64,000 nt of DNA, from contig NC_092675.1 of NCBI RefSeq assembly GCF_964355755.1, forward strand, positions 16,464,912-16,528,911, given 5' to 3'. The translations under genes were made by a program, and so were the position numbers. Source of the DNA: Antedon mediterranea (taxonomy: Eukaryota > Animalia > Echinodermata). The notes beneath the pieces were generated by a model that worked only from the letters and a program-made list of their open reading frames with translations, did not search any database and was not told the origin of the DNA. The first letter of the stretch is position 1. The number at the start of each line of letters is the position of its first letter. Below, piece by piece: positions 12,301 to 24,300 of the stretch.

Positions 12301-15300
12301 ATGTAAAGCAGCTATCTATCGCTACCATACAGTAGGATACCTGGTAGTAGTAGTAGCAGCGTTAAGTGTTTTGTATGCTCATGTGCTGAATCCAAATCCA
12401 AGAAGAGAGCGCTGCTCTCTCCGGTAGCCTTGTACATGACCTTGGGTCACGCGATGAGCTGAACCATTATCAGGAGGGGTATTTCACTACACTACATTCC
12501 CACTGCAAGAAATATATATATATTAAATAAATTTGCAGGCATAGGGAAAGTCTAAATTATGTAGTGATATACTGAACCTAATTAATTTATTATAAACTGT
12601 TATAATTTCTGACCAGCATCTTTTTATAACCTATTTAATTTCAGAAATAAGATTTAAAGAATTATGCTTGGTTCCCACTAGAGAGACAACACAAGGATGT
12701 AACGCAACATAAGTTAGTTGACCAATCACAAGCGATGAAGTATTGGTCAACACACTTGCATTACGTCCTAGTGAGAACCAAGCTTTAGAATGTATTCTGT
12801 TTATGACCCTAGTAAATTACACAAAATATCATCATCATATTGTCTGCAGTTTTGTCATCATATTAGTTCTTCGTCGTCATAATGATAATTGGCTTGTGTT
12901 TTACCAGTCATTGTTTGTTTAGTCTAGTTTATCCTCAACATTATGGTTATCATCAATATCACTAACCATCAACACAAACACAGTTGCAGTGAACAAATAG
13001 ATCATATTCATTTTCTTTTGAGTTCATATGTTTTTACAGTATATAGCAGGTAGATGATTTGTAGTGTTAAAATTAAATACACTGGTAATCGTATATTTTT
13101 ACATTAGATTACATACTTTACATCATAGGTAGTTGTTAGGCTTGTTTTAATCAAAAGTATAGCTGAGCTTCAAAGATGCTTGCTTAGCAATCCCAGTCTC
13201 CTAGGTTCAAATCCCAGAATTTTTCTCCTGAAAAATGGCACCCCATCCTTAGCTGTGTATGAGTAGTTTTGTTTCCAATCTTGTTAATTGGCCATTGCTG
13301 TTGCCTGTACTGTATGTAATTATTACAGAGATAGTATTCAGAGGCTGAGTCACATCACAGTTAACATGTGACATGCAAGTCAAGTTTGCTTGAGATACGC
13401 AAGACTTGGCATATGCTCACATGATACTGATTATTATATTTTTGTTATGCATTTTACAGATCTTTTTTTTTTACTATATTTAATAATGTTATTGTAATGT
13501 CTGATTTATATACATTTTCCTATCCTTTGCAGTGCTTTATGCTGTATGTGTTTAGAGCTAAGCTGAAGATTTTCCGTGCCATTTACCTCCATTAATATTT
13601 CTCATAATTTTAAAACTATTTACCCAGTATATTTTTGGTATAGATGGATATGTAAAAAGCACATGTTTTTGAAGCAGAACATTTTAATTACTGTATTTTA
13701 TATCTTTTTCCTTTAATTTTTTTCTTTTATATGAATAAGAATAGGTATTTTAAATATATTGTTGTTGAGTTCTGAAAACATACTAAGGTTATTTACAATC
13801 AAAAGCTGTTTCATTAAATGCTAGAAGTGGCACTGTAGCTTGTGGCATGCTTTCCTGCCACAAGGGCATTGGTTCAATTCTGAGCCTATTTACATACCTA
13901 GGATTTGAGTTGTACTAGTGGCATCAACAACTTTTAAGTTTAATGGTTAAGGAGGGAACTGCACACAATAGACATACAGGGAATCAAGCCTCTTTTGACC
14001 TTGATTCTGGTGGTAGAAAAAGTCTTCATGGATAAGGAATTTTAACTGGATATCCAGTGTACACATCTGGCTCATGTTCACTTTAAATAACCTTTCAGAA
14101 GAGTAGGGTATACTAGTCTATTTGAAATTCCTTAATTGAGGATGAATATTATGAAACAAACAAGCTTGTACTATCAATGTTGACAGATCATGGGATATGT
14201 CTCATCTTGTAATGTGTATTGTATGAGATTAATTAACGCTTTGATAATATTTTAATCTATTACTACCACTTTGTATATGGAGAATTAATTAATTAGCTGT
14301 GTTTATTTTGTTTGTTTAGATATATACATGAGTGATGCTGAGAGCTTCCATGCATCCGTCTGGGAACAGAAACGTCTTTCAAGTATGAAAATAGCATTTG
14401 ATGTGGCAGAGGTAGATAGTCAGGTATGTTATGTATGGAAATGATACATTACCCTGCTACAGTACCGCTACACACAATAGGGATCTTTCCAATTGCTAGG
14501 ACCTAGAACCTACATACCGTAAAAACCTCAAGCCCATCTCAAAAAGAAGCCACTTTCTTAGGTTTGCAAAAATAATCAAAAACTTCTTTTCAATATAGTA
14601 TTTCTTTTATTGAACCTTGTAAATAGAATTTCTGTTGACGTATATATGTGAACTTTATTCAATCAATCGTACATTCTTTTGGTATTATAATAGTAACCAT
14701 AATAACGTGTATTTACAGTATGTATCTTTGTACATGACAATAAAGAGTAACTTAAGACTCAACATTTTGCAAGATTGAAAAGCTGGTTAAAACACAAACT
14801 TTAGCATCTTTGTCATATTTTACATTTCATATGTATTTTCATCATTACTGCAATAATCACCATGTAGTGAAAATTTGAGAAAACCTAAATAAATCCAATT
14901 TAACCTCTTTCCAATATAACTTTTGTTTATTTTTTTTTATTTAAGATTCAGGTTAGAAAAAGGTCACCAAACCCATATCCAAAGGAATCTGGGAAAACTC
15001 TGAAGAAATCTGTGCCAAACGGAGACGTGTCCGACTTTGAACGTCCTACTGTAAGATATTATGCATTATGATTGAGTTGTGCCATGATAAGTCTTTGCGA
15101 GGGAGTGGAGTTTATTTTAATAAACAGTACTGGAATTAGACAAGATTTGATCCCTTGACCCTGGAGGGATCAGTAGTTGGAAATCTTAACCACCTAAGCT
15201 ACTACATTTTACTATGTTATGTTCTTAATTTGTTTATTATTTTACTATTATTTAGAGGAGACATAGAAATAGCAACTCTCATCATAAAGACAAGTCTGCT

Positions 15301-18300
15301 GATAGTCCAAGGAATGACAGAGGTTTAGAATTGTTTAGAGCAGACAAAGTAAGCATTTTAATTGTTTATAGTTGAATAAATAATTAAACAAAGGATTACA
15401 CACATTACTTTAATTACACTTCAAATACTGTAAAACCAGAAATTTCCACACACATCCAACTTTCTTGAATTTCATGAGTGAAATTCGTGAAAGTTTATTG
15501 CCGCGAACAATCTTCAGGAAGCATTAATGACGAAAGTCATGCATACGATGGTCAACACGATCTTGTTACTAAAATGCGTTACTGTATTAGTACAGACTAC
15601 ATGCATTTTAACACAAAGGTTGCACCGACGATAGATTGACACGAATTTGTTACAATATTTAATTGTACTTTATTTTTCAAAATGGCCGATGTAACCAATT
15701 CGCAGAAGTTTCATGTCACAAAAGTTTCCGGTTTTATAGTAATTTTAATGTCATGTTTAAATTGAGACGATTTACTAACAATTTCAATCTATTTAAATTG
15801 AGATTATTTATCACCTGTAGAAGAAAAGAAAGCAAGATAAAGAACGATTTGGCCGAGGGTCAATGGGTCATCGACCAGGAGGAGAGAGTGATACAGAATT
15901 TATTGCTATGCAGATGAGAGAAAGCTTAAAAAGAAATTCAATTAAGGTAAGTTAAAGATAAAACATAAAAAGGAGCTTGTATTGCAATGTATCATCAGTA
16001 TTTTGACAATGAGTGGGGTTTTACAGACTTGTAGAAAAGCTAATTTTGCTTTAACAAGTTCTGTCTAAAGCATGGTTCCCACTACAGTAAGTAGCAATGT
16101 ACCATAAAAAAATGCCATTCCAATAGTTGTGTTTTCCTCCACCTGTGTGAAATCGAATATGCTTAGTTGAGTGTCTGTTAGTTGCTGTAGACCTTGACCT
16201 GGTTCGCCCCGTGATTGATTTACTATGTTTTCCAGTGTTGTTTGCACCACTGTTGCGTCATTGGTTCACACTTGTGATTACGCAATAAAGCACTTTGCGT
16301 GGATACATCGTTGCGTCCAAGTTGGAACCACAGTTTACAGACAACGTTTTTTTAGTCAAAATTTATCAATTGGTGTTGTGCTTTGTCAACACAAACTTTA
16401 TTTGATCCTAATGACTGTATATACAGATATACTCAACATAATCAAATTATGCACTAATGTACTCAATAAACTAATCACTAGTTTTTTAAACTTATTTTTT
16501 TTTTTTTGAATTTTTTAGAATAAAGGTGGACGTGGCTATTCAAGTGATACCGACAGTTTTCTGAAAAGTCCACCATCGCATTTAGACCAACAAAAGTTTA
16601 AAGTAAAAGCTGAGAAACAATTGATAACCGAGGTTGATGAAGAAGTTGCAATTATTAATGCAAGTACAGATAAAACAGATAATCAAAGTGATAAACTAAT
16701 AAGCAAATCGCCTGAAAAAACAGTCACCGTGCGTGTTAGTACTAACACACCTGTAAGAACTCCACAAGGATTTGGGGAACTACCCACTTCAAAGTCATTC
16801 CCTGTTGATGAACAGGTCAGACCACAGAGGGGTCTTCGGAGGTCAGGGTACAGTACCGACCCTGAATATGACCCTAGATTCTATCGGAAAAAAATGGATT
16901 ATAAAATGAAATCTAAAGACGATCACCATCTTTCTAAACCTAAGAATTATATGCAACGGCGAGATCACCATCGAATGAATTGGCAACATTTATCAAGAGA
17001 GAACGAAATCTGGATTGATAAAGCTCCTGGAGCAGGAACAGGGGGAAATAGTAAAAGTCAATCGGAGGCATGGAACGGTAGTGTTGGGCATGTAAATTCT
17101 GTATCAAATTGCAATCAAAACAGTAGTACAAATTATTTAGCTGAATACAGACCGCCTAGTAGGCATGGTAATGTACCTTATTCATCATCGCAGTCAACTT
17201 TGAGTAATTCAAGGCCACATATACCAAGTTACGAGGATGTAATGCGGAGTCGAGATGCTTTAGCGTATCAGAAGAGCCCAACAAAGGGCGAACAAGACCA
17301 CATTGAACCGTCGAATAATGGTGCTAGTCAAAATGTTCACAATATGCCATCTACAACCTCACAACTTTCACCTAACAAACATTTAAATCAATCTTTAACT
17401 AATCATGAAAGTTTAGAGCAAAAAACTCCTACCTCTTTGGAACCCCATAGGAGAGGAAAAGCTGACGGGCGATTGGGTAATGAAAATGGGCATAAAGAGG
17501 GTCACTATGAGCGTCCACATGACCAAAGACCAAGAAACCAGACCACTCCAATGGTAAGAACATTGATTTAGTCTGATACTGATATTTTATAATATTTATT
17601 CTACTATGGATAATTGTTGTATCACGTACAATCACTGTAGTTGCTTGTTTATCAATTTATTTTATATTTTTTCCATTCAGGAGACACAAACATATTTATG
17701 GTGTGATATTAAAGACACTTTATCTGCAATTGTTTTTTTTTTCGTTTTGTACAAATAATGCATATATATTATTTTTTAAACATGGTCATTCCTTGTCTTA
17801 AATGTATATTCTAAGGTTAATTATGATAAAAGCGAAGTGTCTTTAATTTAATTTTTATTTATTGTCATTTATCAACATTTTTTAGAAAAAAAACCCCTGA
17901 AACGTGTTGCAAGAGTTGGTTGGTTAAAACCAATCCGATGAACCAGTCCCAATTCTGGACTGGGTATCAAATTCTAAAATGTTGATAATTGAGATTTTTT
18001 TAAATGTCATTTTGTGTTAATTGGTGATGGTCTGTTTAATGCACATATCACAGAAACCTAGATGTCAAATGGGGGTAAAAGCTAGACAAAACCAGATACG
18101 TATGCACATGTTACAAGCAAGGTTGACCAACAGCATGGTTAGTTGTTATCTTATGTTCTACGTATGATCACTATTTTTCCTTTTATCATTAATTGCATGC
18201 CAATTTTGAATTAATACTTTTAAATTACTCATACGTTTTCACTTGCATATTACAAGTGAGTGAGTGACCGAGTGGTTAAGACAGTGGAACTGTAATTACA

Positions 18301-21300
18301 TCGGCAAGGGTTCGAGGTTCACTTGCACTTCTCGTGGTAAACAAGTCTTCTCGGATAAGGACTACAAACCGTAGGTCCAGTGTACACATCTAGCTCATGT
18401 GTACTGCTGAACCTACTGTAGTACATCTTTTGAGCCACTGATCGTAACTGGGTCCTCTGGGAGATCAGTCTTTGGCTGAAGAGGTCACCAAGTATAAACA
18501 AATAATAACAATACAAACCCTGTGATTTTAAAACAAGAATCGTTGGCTTTAGTCTTGGTACTGAGACTATATTAGGAGGTTTCGTATTGCCCGAAATCCT
18601 TATAAAACAAGACTTTACAAAGCAAGTAGTCGCCTTTTTAAAGCTATATAATATTATAAATTAAACAAAATTGTGTTATGAATGTATTTCGCAGACTGAT
18701 AACAACACAGAGGGCAGTGATGATGTCTTTAAGGCAAATACTGCTGCCGGAGATGTGCCATCATCTCCGAGTCAACAGGATTTTCCGTCGCCACCAGAGT
18801 CGCAGCAGCACGAGTTCTCTGACTACGTTGCCACTGATAGAAGTACACAGAATATTGAAGGAGTTGCACATTATGAAGGCTTACCAAGACCCACTCAACT
18901 TGATGTCGTGTCTATGGAGAGGTTGAATGGTGTACATGTTGACTATAGTAAGCCTGGTAGAAATTATACAGAACAGAGGCATGGTGAGTTTTGACCTATA
19001 TTGGCCTAGACAAGCGTTCTGGAAACCTGTTATTTTGCGTCCTAAAATCTGGTTCTCATAATCAAACCACGGCTTAATTACCCACCTGGACCAACAAAAT
19101 AAAATAATCTGCCATAAATCATCAAACACAATTGATTATTTCATTGTAATTTGCGTAATTGCTAAAAGAAAGGAGCTTTTGACGCTGGGAAAACATTATC
19201 AGGTTTTTTTTTTTATATCTCAAACCATCTCACAGCCCTTTAAAAATGTTTCCATAGTTTGCAGAACGTCGGTCTAGGCAATTGTACAGTAGTAGATACA
19301 TTTTATTACAAAATGCTATTGAAAATTAACCTTTGAATTTGTGTTCAGGACTTTCCTTTCTTTACTCGATTTCAAATTGATTTTTTTAAATTCAAATTTC
19401 TAGAATCGCCAAGTGCTTCAAAAATTGAATCATTGAAACGAAGAGCTCAACAAAGATCAACTCCTGGAAGTGATTCTAGCAAGTCACCACATTCTGTCAG
19501 ACGAGCGGGTCGCCAGTCACCTCAAGACACCGGAAGACGTTCACCTTATGCAGCACACAGGGAAGGCTATCCTCCGAGGTCATCACCAGGAAGTACTAGT
19601 AGAGACATCGACTATGTTGACTATGCAAGTTATATGGCCCACCCAAGGCCTAGTCAGTCAAGTATGAATGATGACCCTAAGTATTTACCTCATACAGAAC
19701 CTAGGCCCAGTCAAGCTAGTATAGATATTCTTGGCAGTTCTCCACAACTAGTTAATACTGACAGAAGATCTCCACATGCTCAAAGGAGGACGGATAGCAG
19801 TAACTCACCACAACGGCATGTGAATGCACATTCTTACTCTCCTCATTCAACAGGTCAGATTGATGGCAGTTCACAGTCACCTCACATGTCCAAACGGAAT
19901 GACACTAGTTCTTATTCACCGCATTCCGCAAGGCGGAATGACACTAGTTCTTATTCACCGCATTCCACAAGGCGGAATGACACTAGTTCTTATTCACCGC
20001 ATTCCACAAGGCGGAATGACACTAGTTCTTATTCACCGCATTCCACAAGGCGGAATGACACTAGTTCTTATTCACCGCATTCCACAAGGCGGAAGAATGA
20101 TGAATCCTATTCACCGCATTCCACAAGGCGGAAGGATGGTGACTCCTATTCACCGCATTCCACAAGACGGAATGATGGTAGCTCCTATTCACCGCATTCC
20201 ACTAGGCAAAACAATGGTAGCTCCTATTCACCACATGCTACAAGGCGGAACAACGATAGTTCCCAATCACCACATTCGGTTAGGCGTATGACAAGTAATT
20301 CACCGCATTCCACTAGACGAATGGAAAACAGTTCTCCACATGTGCCAAGGAGAATGGATGTGACCTCTCATTCACCACATATGGGACGAAGGATGGATGT
20401 GACATCTCATTCACCACATTTAGACAGAAGGGTAGATGACATTCCAGTTTTGCCAGAGTTAAACCATGGTCCAAGTTCACAGTCACCTAATGCTAGACGA
20501 AGAATTGCACAAGAACCAAAATCTACCAATCGTCAAATGGTAAGTCATTGTTTATTGGCATAACTGTGGTGTTAGATAATGAAGGAAGTTCCGCACTTTA
20601 AAGGTCACTAAAGATACCAAAATGTTCAGGTTGTATAGAAATGTTACACAACAACCACAACATCAAACTACTAACAATATGAATTTAAATGCAAATTTAG
20701 ATAAGTTGCTAATTACTAATTATGGTTATTTTATGTATGTTGATAAATATTAGTTTACCACAATTATCTTTATATGGTATCATATTTTAGTTACCATATT
20801 TACATACTTTATTTTTTTCTCATAGTTAACTGTCACTATACACAAAACACCAGGTCTTGGCTTTAGTATCACAGGCGGTATGAATTCACCAGGCAATCCA
20901 TTCAGACATGGCGACCAGGTAAGAACATTCTCTCGATTTAGAACAACCATTGCGCTATAATGTCCTTTATTTATATAATGCATAGCTCATGGTATTTTAA
21001 ACATTTATGACACCCTTATTAAGAGACACTTTGGTTGGGTTCCACTAAACTAGTTTGACAAAAAAGTATGATGTGCCCAAATATGCTAGTGATATGCCCA
21101 AATATGGTAGTGATAAGACATCATGGGAACATCACATTTTTTTGTCACAAACTTTGATAATGTAGACAGATTTATTTTATATTTATTTCAGGGAATATTT
21201 GTAACAAAAGTGCAAGCAGGCGGTGCCGCAGAGATGTGTTTGCAACCAGGTGACAAGATAATTGATGTCAACGGTGTGGACTTTGTCAACATCACGCATG

Positions 21301-21362
21301 AAAATGCAGTCAAGACATTAAGGACCAGTAATCCTGTTACTATGCTAATATGCAGGCAATAA
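342..21362 (+). CDS. ERBIN/LRRC7: LAP-family scaffold protein (Erbin/Densin-180-like: LRRs, LAP-specific domain, long disordered region, single C-terminal PDZ), spliced, ~1505 aa
   Basis: Exons read by hand, all AG/GT-bounded and phase-compatible: 342-503, 2348-2465, 2922-3000, 4642-4788, 5214-5277, 5722-5796, 6384-6528, 7694-7896, 8478-8663, 11024-11126, 14320-14423, 14946-15050, 15256-15348, 15821-15946, 16519-17553, 18054-18137 (tentative), 18695-18983, 19404-20539, 20826-20918, 21192-21362; sum 4518 nt. N-terminus [36 protein letters not shown]; LRRs; LAP-specific [19 protein letters not shown] and [12 protein letters not shown]; [35 protein letters not shown], typical of Erbin/Densin. 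Likely co-ortholog of both vertebrate paralogs. Confidence 0.93.
688..1214. mobile_element. Non-autonomous DNA transposon, Kolobok-like, degenerate
   Basis: Inverted ends ttaa-agatgtattgtccct ... agggacaatacaattta. An internal piece (gactggaagtcaaagt) recurs inverted near 48450. Confidence 0.45.
1500..1977 (+). mobile_element. Partial copy of the Helitron-like element at 61065-62566
   Basis: Shares ctatttgctacttctgtaatt, gtcaaattactg, gtgtttatcctta, gtgtgcggccc and the terminus tttagtagcatta..atatagat with 61530-62566. Confidence 0.7.
2551..2722. mobile_element. MITE family A (TIR aagctctgtctacactatcaaac), copy 1
   Basis: TIRs taaagctctgtctacact / gtagacagagcttta with TA-like flanks; at least 8 copies in the window. 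Confidence 0.85.
3330..3526 (-). mobile_element. Terminal fragment of a TTAA-flanked (Kolobok-like) DNA transposon
   Basis: Reverse complement matches 49709-49925 (ggtcacacactacatttt..taccatatggacctattgc). Confidence 0.65.
4033..4472 (+). ncRNA. Candidate structured intronic RNA of unknown family
   Basis: Closing stem acgccgct/agcggcgt and ~10 consecutive hairpins whose non-Watson-Crick pairs are nearly all G-U on the + strand; followed by a T6 run. Folded by eye only. Confidence 0.4.
5473..5622 (+). ncRNA. SNORA79: Box H/ACA snoRNA/scaRNA, SNORA79 (ACA65)-like U6 pseudouridylation guide, copy 1 (intron 5)
   Basis: Hairpin gatagc..gctatc, H box ATAGAA (5526-5531), hairpin tgaacct..aggttca, ACA at 5617-5619. 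Pockets gttcc/tttta and gcttcac/attt are complementary to U6 UAAAA-UU-GGAAC and AAAU-UC-GUGAAGC. Confidence 0.85.
5875..6023 (+). ncRNA. SNORA79: Box H/ACA snoRNA/scaRNA, SNORA79 (ACA65)-like, copy 2 (intron 6)
   Basis: Paralog of 5473-5622 with identical boxes and guide pockets; ACA at 6018-6020. Differences lie in upper stems/loops and the hinge, including a compensatory cgag..ctcg to tgag..ctca change. Confidence 0.85.
6602..6900 (+). mobile_element. tRNA-derived SINE with Deu/Nin-like central domain, near full length
   Basis: A box TGGCCAAGCGG, B box GGTTCGAGGC; body tctcggataagga..accgtaggtcc..cactttaaagaa..agtagggggttacccc resembles the Deu domain; AT-rich tail; relatives at 13826-14110 and 18256-18497. 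Confidence 0.8.
7102..7538. mobile_element. TA-flanked Tc1/mariner(pogo)-like MITE, degenerate
   Basis: tacagagcctctgttttacgta ... tacgtaaaatgaaggttcaactgta inverted ends. Confidence 0.5.
8296..8453. mobile_element. MITE family A, copy 2
   Basis: Same TIRs and internal sequence as 2551-2722. Confidence 0.85.
8796..10878. mobile_element. Foldback-type non-autonomous DNA transposon with modular TIRs built from 15-16 bp tandem units
   Basis: Left array (aaagtcgccccatcgc)n at 8804-9003 and its reverse complement at 10671-10870; termini ggatgctagtcaag / cttgactggatcc; inner inverted homology 9285-9435 vs 10500-10618. No TSD recognised. Confidence 0.85.
11176..11416. mobile_element. TA-flanked Tc1/mariner-like MITE
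   Basis: taccatataccctcatgtataatcccac ... gtgggattatatcagaggatatacggta inverted termini. Confidence 0.7.
12102..12487 (+). ncRNA. Candidate structured intronic RNA of unknown family
   Basis: GC-richer island with closing stem (ctccttga/tcaggag) and nested stems aatcgg/ccgatt, aaaggagg/cctccttt, gcactc/gagtgc, gctacca/tggtagt, gctcat/atgagc, agagagc/gctctct, tgacc/ggtca. Folded by eye only. Confidence 0.35.
12665..12787. mobile_element. Short MITE (TIR gcttggttcccactag)
   Basis: gcttggttcccactag ... ctagtgagaaccaagc; related termini at 16066-16337. Confidence 0.65.
13826..14110 (+). mobile_element. Degenerate Deu-domain SINE copy
   Basis: ttctggtggtagaaaagtcttcatggataagga..ccagtgtacacatctggctc..cactttaaa matches 6690-6780; upstream part differs and has a B-box-like ggttcaattc. 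Confidence 0.65.
15426..15741. mobile_element. TA-flanked MITE
   Basis: tactgtaaaaccagaaattt ... aaagtttccggttttatagta inverted termini. Confidence 0.6.
17709..17846. mobile_element. Short TTAA-flanked (Kolobok-like) MITE
   Basis: ttaa-agacactt ... aagtgtct-ttaa. Confidence 0.6.
18256..18497 (+). mobile_element. Deu-domain tRNA-SINE, internally deleted copy
   Basis: Colinear with 6602-6900 from head (gtgagtgagtgaccgagtggttaagacagtggaac) to tail (ggtcaccaagtataaa). Confidence 0.8.
19894..20430 (+). repeat. Coding 39-bp (13-aa) tandem repeat [13 protein letters not shown] in LAP exon 18
   Basis: Five near-identical units of cggaatgacactagttcttattcaccgcattccacaagg followed by progressively diverged units. 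Confidence 0.95.
21043..21174. mobile_element. MITE family A, partial copy 3
   Basis: aaactagtttgacaaaaaa..gtcacaaactttgataatgtagacaga. Confidence 0.75.
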
Positions 21363-24300
21363 GAGAATACTTTTTGCACCTGTAAACTAAAGATAGGTTT
21401 GCAAGGATATAATAATAATAAGTTTATAGGTCACATGAATATTCATATATATTGGTCATACATAACTTAATAACAAATACTTAACCTACAATGCTGTAAC
21501 AGTTTTAGCAAGCTAGGTTTACTAGTAATACTGTTATTATGCAGTAAAAGAATACTTTTTATAATTGAAACTAAACATGGCTTAGTTAGGATATGAATAA
21601 TAATCTTATAGGTCACATAATAGGTCACATTCTGGACATGCAATGCTGTAACAGTTTTAGCAGTTTCTAATTTTATAAAATATTTATGTGCAAAGGTATT
21701 TTTATTACAGACACTAATGGTTGGAAGTCCTCTTTGTAATTCAAACTTTTAAATTTTAGTAAAGAAGTACAGGTATATGAATATAGCATGCGGTTGTTTG
21801 TACTATATATATCCACATAGTATGGAGTCCAGTAGAATCGGCTAAATATAATCACCAATGATTTCAAGTGTCCTTTATAATGTTGTCAATGAATTGTTTT
21901 TGAAAATTAAATCCATGAATACCTCATACTTTTTATGTTGAACTTCACCAGTTTTGTACACATTTTTGAGATGAGAAGTCATTAGTACAGTATTATATGA
22001 GGAACTTGTAAGCTTCAATAATAGATGATACCCAGTTTTACAAATCATCGTTACATATAGACTTTACATTGTGCATTTTTTAAGTGCAAATATTTCTAGT
22101 ATCATTGTATTAGTAAATGCTCATTGATTCCGTAATCTGGTATGAATATAATTTAAAAGCGTTCAATTTGTATTAGTTAATATTGTATAGAAAAAAAGTT
22201 CATGTTTTGTAAGTTTTTATTTTTTACGCCATATTTACCCAAGTGTCTATTTTTTCAGAAAGTTTTGTTTTCAATCTTTTGAATGAATTAACTTTACTGT
22301 GTAGGGATATTAATAGGTTGACCAAAAAATGATTTTTTATTCATGAGTATATCTAAGTTTGTATATTTAATTCATTGCTACACAGACCTGAAAGGTGAAT
22401 GCAGTCCCTAATCCCAAACTGGACCAATTTATTTAATGTTTTCAACCCTATTTAGTACCATAAATTAATTCCTTTACACAATGGTGCTAATTTGTAGTTG
22501 TTATGCAACAATTATGTATATTATTATAATGTCCATTGATTAATGCAATTTGGAAACCACCAGAAAAACTTTTTTTTTTTATTTTGGGGTTACTGTTAAA
22601 TTTTAGTTTAGAGGAAATTGTGCTAATAATGGTAACTATGATCATTTTTGCATTTGATTCAATAAAATATTGTCGGATACATCTTAAAGTCATTTTGACC
22701 ATTAAAAAACAAGAGACCCATGGGGTGGCTCAAAATGACCTGCTTTCTTGGATTTTTGTTAACATAACTTATTTCAACAAGTTTTCTGAGAGAGTTCATT
22801 TGCAGTTAGGTTTGCAGTACACCATGTGTTTCTAAAAAGAAACGATTGTTGAGCCGTGAAATGTGCAAAAAGTCACATATCCCTATAATGTCCAAACAAC
22901 CACATTGGTGCAAACATGGGACCCTCAAATGTGCAAATCTGTAAAAATTCATAATCCACTAATGTTAAATATACACAATTTTAAAAGAATTACTTTCTTC
23001 AAACAAAATTAGTTTAATTAATATCGGGAAAATAATATATGTTTGCACATTTGAGGGCAAAATGTTTTGTTTTGTACATTTCACAACTCAACAAGGATCT
23101 ACAATCATCTTCTGGAGTAATTCTAAGATGACGACATTTCCTTGTTTAAAAACACATATAGTGTACTGCAACTTTTACTTTATTTATTCAGCATGCAAAC
23201 AATGGGTTGTTCAGCTGTATCAGTATGCAATTTCCATGTCTCATCTTGTCAATATAATATTCCAGATATAAATAAGACTTTAATGACAACTTTATTTTTA
23301 TGTTAATATTATTTTTTTTGTAATTATACTAGTCTTTCCAATCGTAAATTAAAATGTGTACAATCATTGTTTAGATTTTCCATGATAAACGTTTTTACCA
23401 GAATTGCCAAAAGTATATAGTAACCATTTTAACTATTTATTATCAAAGCCAGCTTGAAAAATGTCATTTCCACTTATGTATTCCTACTGTGACCTTGATA
23501 TTGTACTGGAAATTCAGCATCAGTACTTTCTAAACAATGTATTCATATGATAAGTTATTGTGTGTAACAAATACAACATTACTCTCATTTTTTACTGATT
23601 TTAAACACAATATCCAGCCAGTAGTTATTTTAATTTTATATTAATGTGTGCAATTGTATATATGCATGCCTTGAGAGAAGGATCGCTGAATTTTAAACTT
23701 CTACTAAGAAGTAACTGATGAAACATACAGTATTATGAAATTAAAAAAATGGAATATCGAATCCGATTCTTCAAACTTAAAAATATAGTCTACTTAAAAT
23801 ATTTCAAATGAATTTTGTTTCATAAAAATGTTTCATTTATTTTTACTATTTTGAAACACCACTCGATAAATTCATTACTGTTTTATGGTTTCAAATATGT
23901 TTTCTATTTTATATAGTGATTTTAAAAGTATTAAAATACGGATAACTTATTGATTTACAAAATGCTGTTGTGTGATTTTTTTAAATACAAAAAGCCATCA
24001 ATAGTAATAATATTATGCTAATTATATTATGCTAATTGTATTATGCTAGTCAGCTAGATTACTAGTAGTAGCTGCTTTTGACTATAAGCCTGCAGTAACA
24101 GTCTCGTAGTATTAACATAAGGTACTTACTGGACAGTTGACATGTTTTCCGCACCATACCGTTAATTTTTTTTTAAGTGCGCCGCCTATTTTCACAGGTA
24201 TGCCTCGCGTACCAATTTGGACTCTCCAGCGTGTCGAAAAAGCTATAGTCTTTCCGGGTCCAGACAATATTTTGGCATCGTTACATTGCATTCATTTACG

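Noticed and set aside
19894-20240. RNA polymerase II CTD-like heptads (YSPHS)
   Set aside because: Period is 13 aa, not 7, and the tract is in frame in the LAP gene; the alternative-frame ORF 19824-20291 is a shadow.
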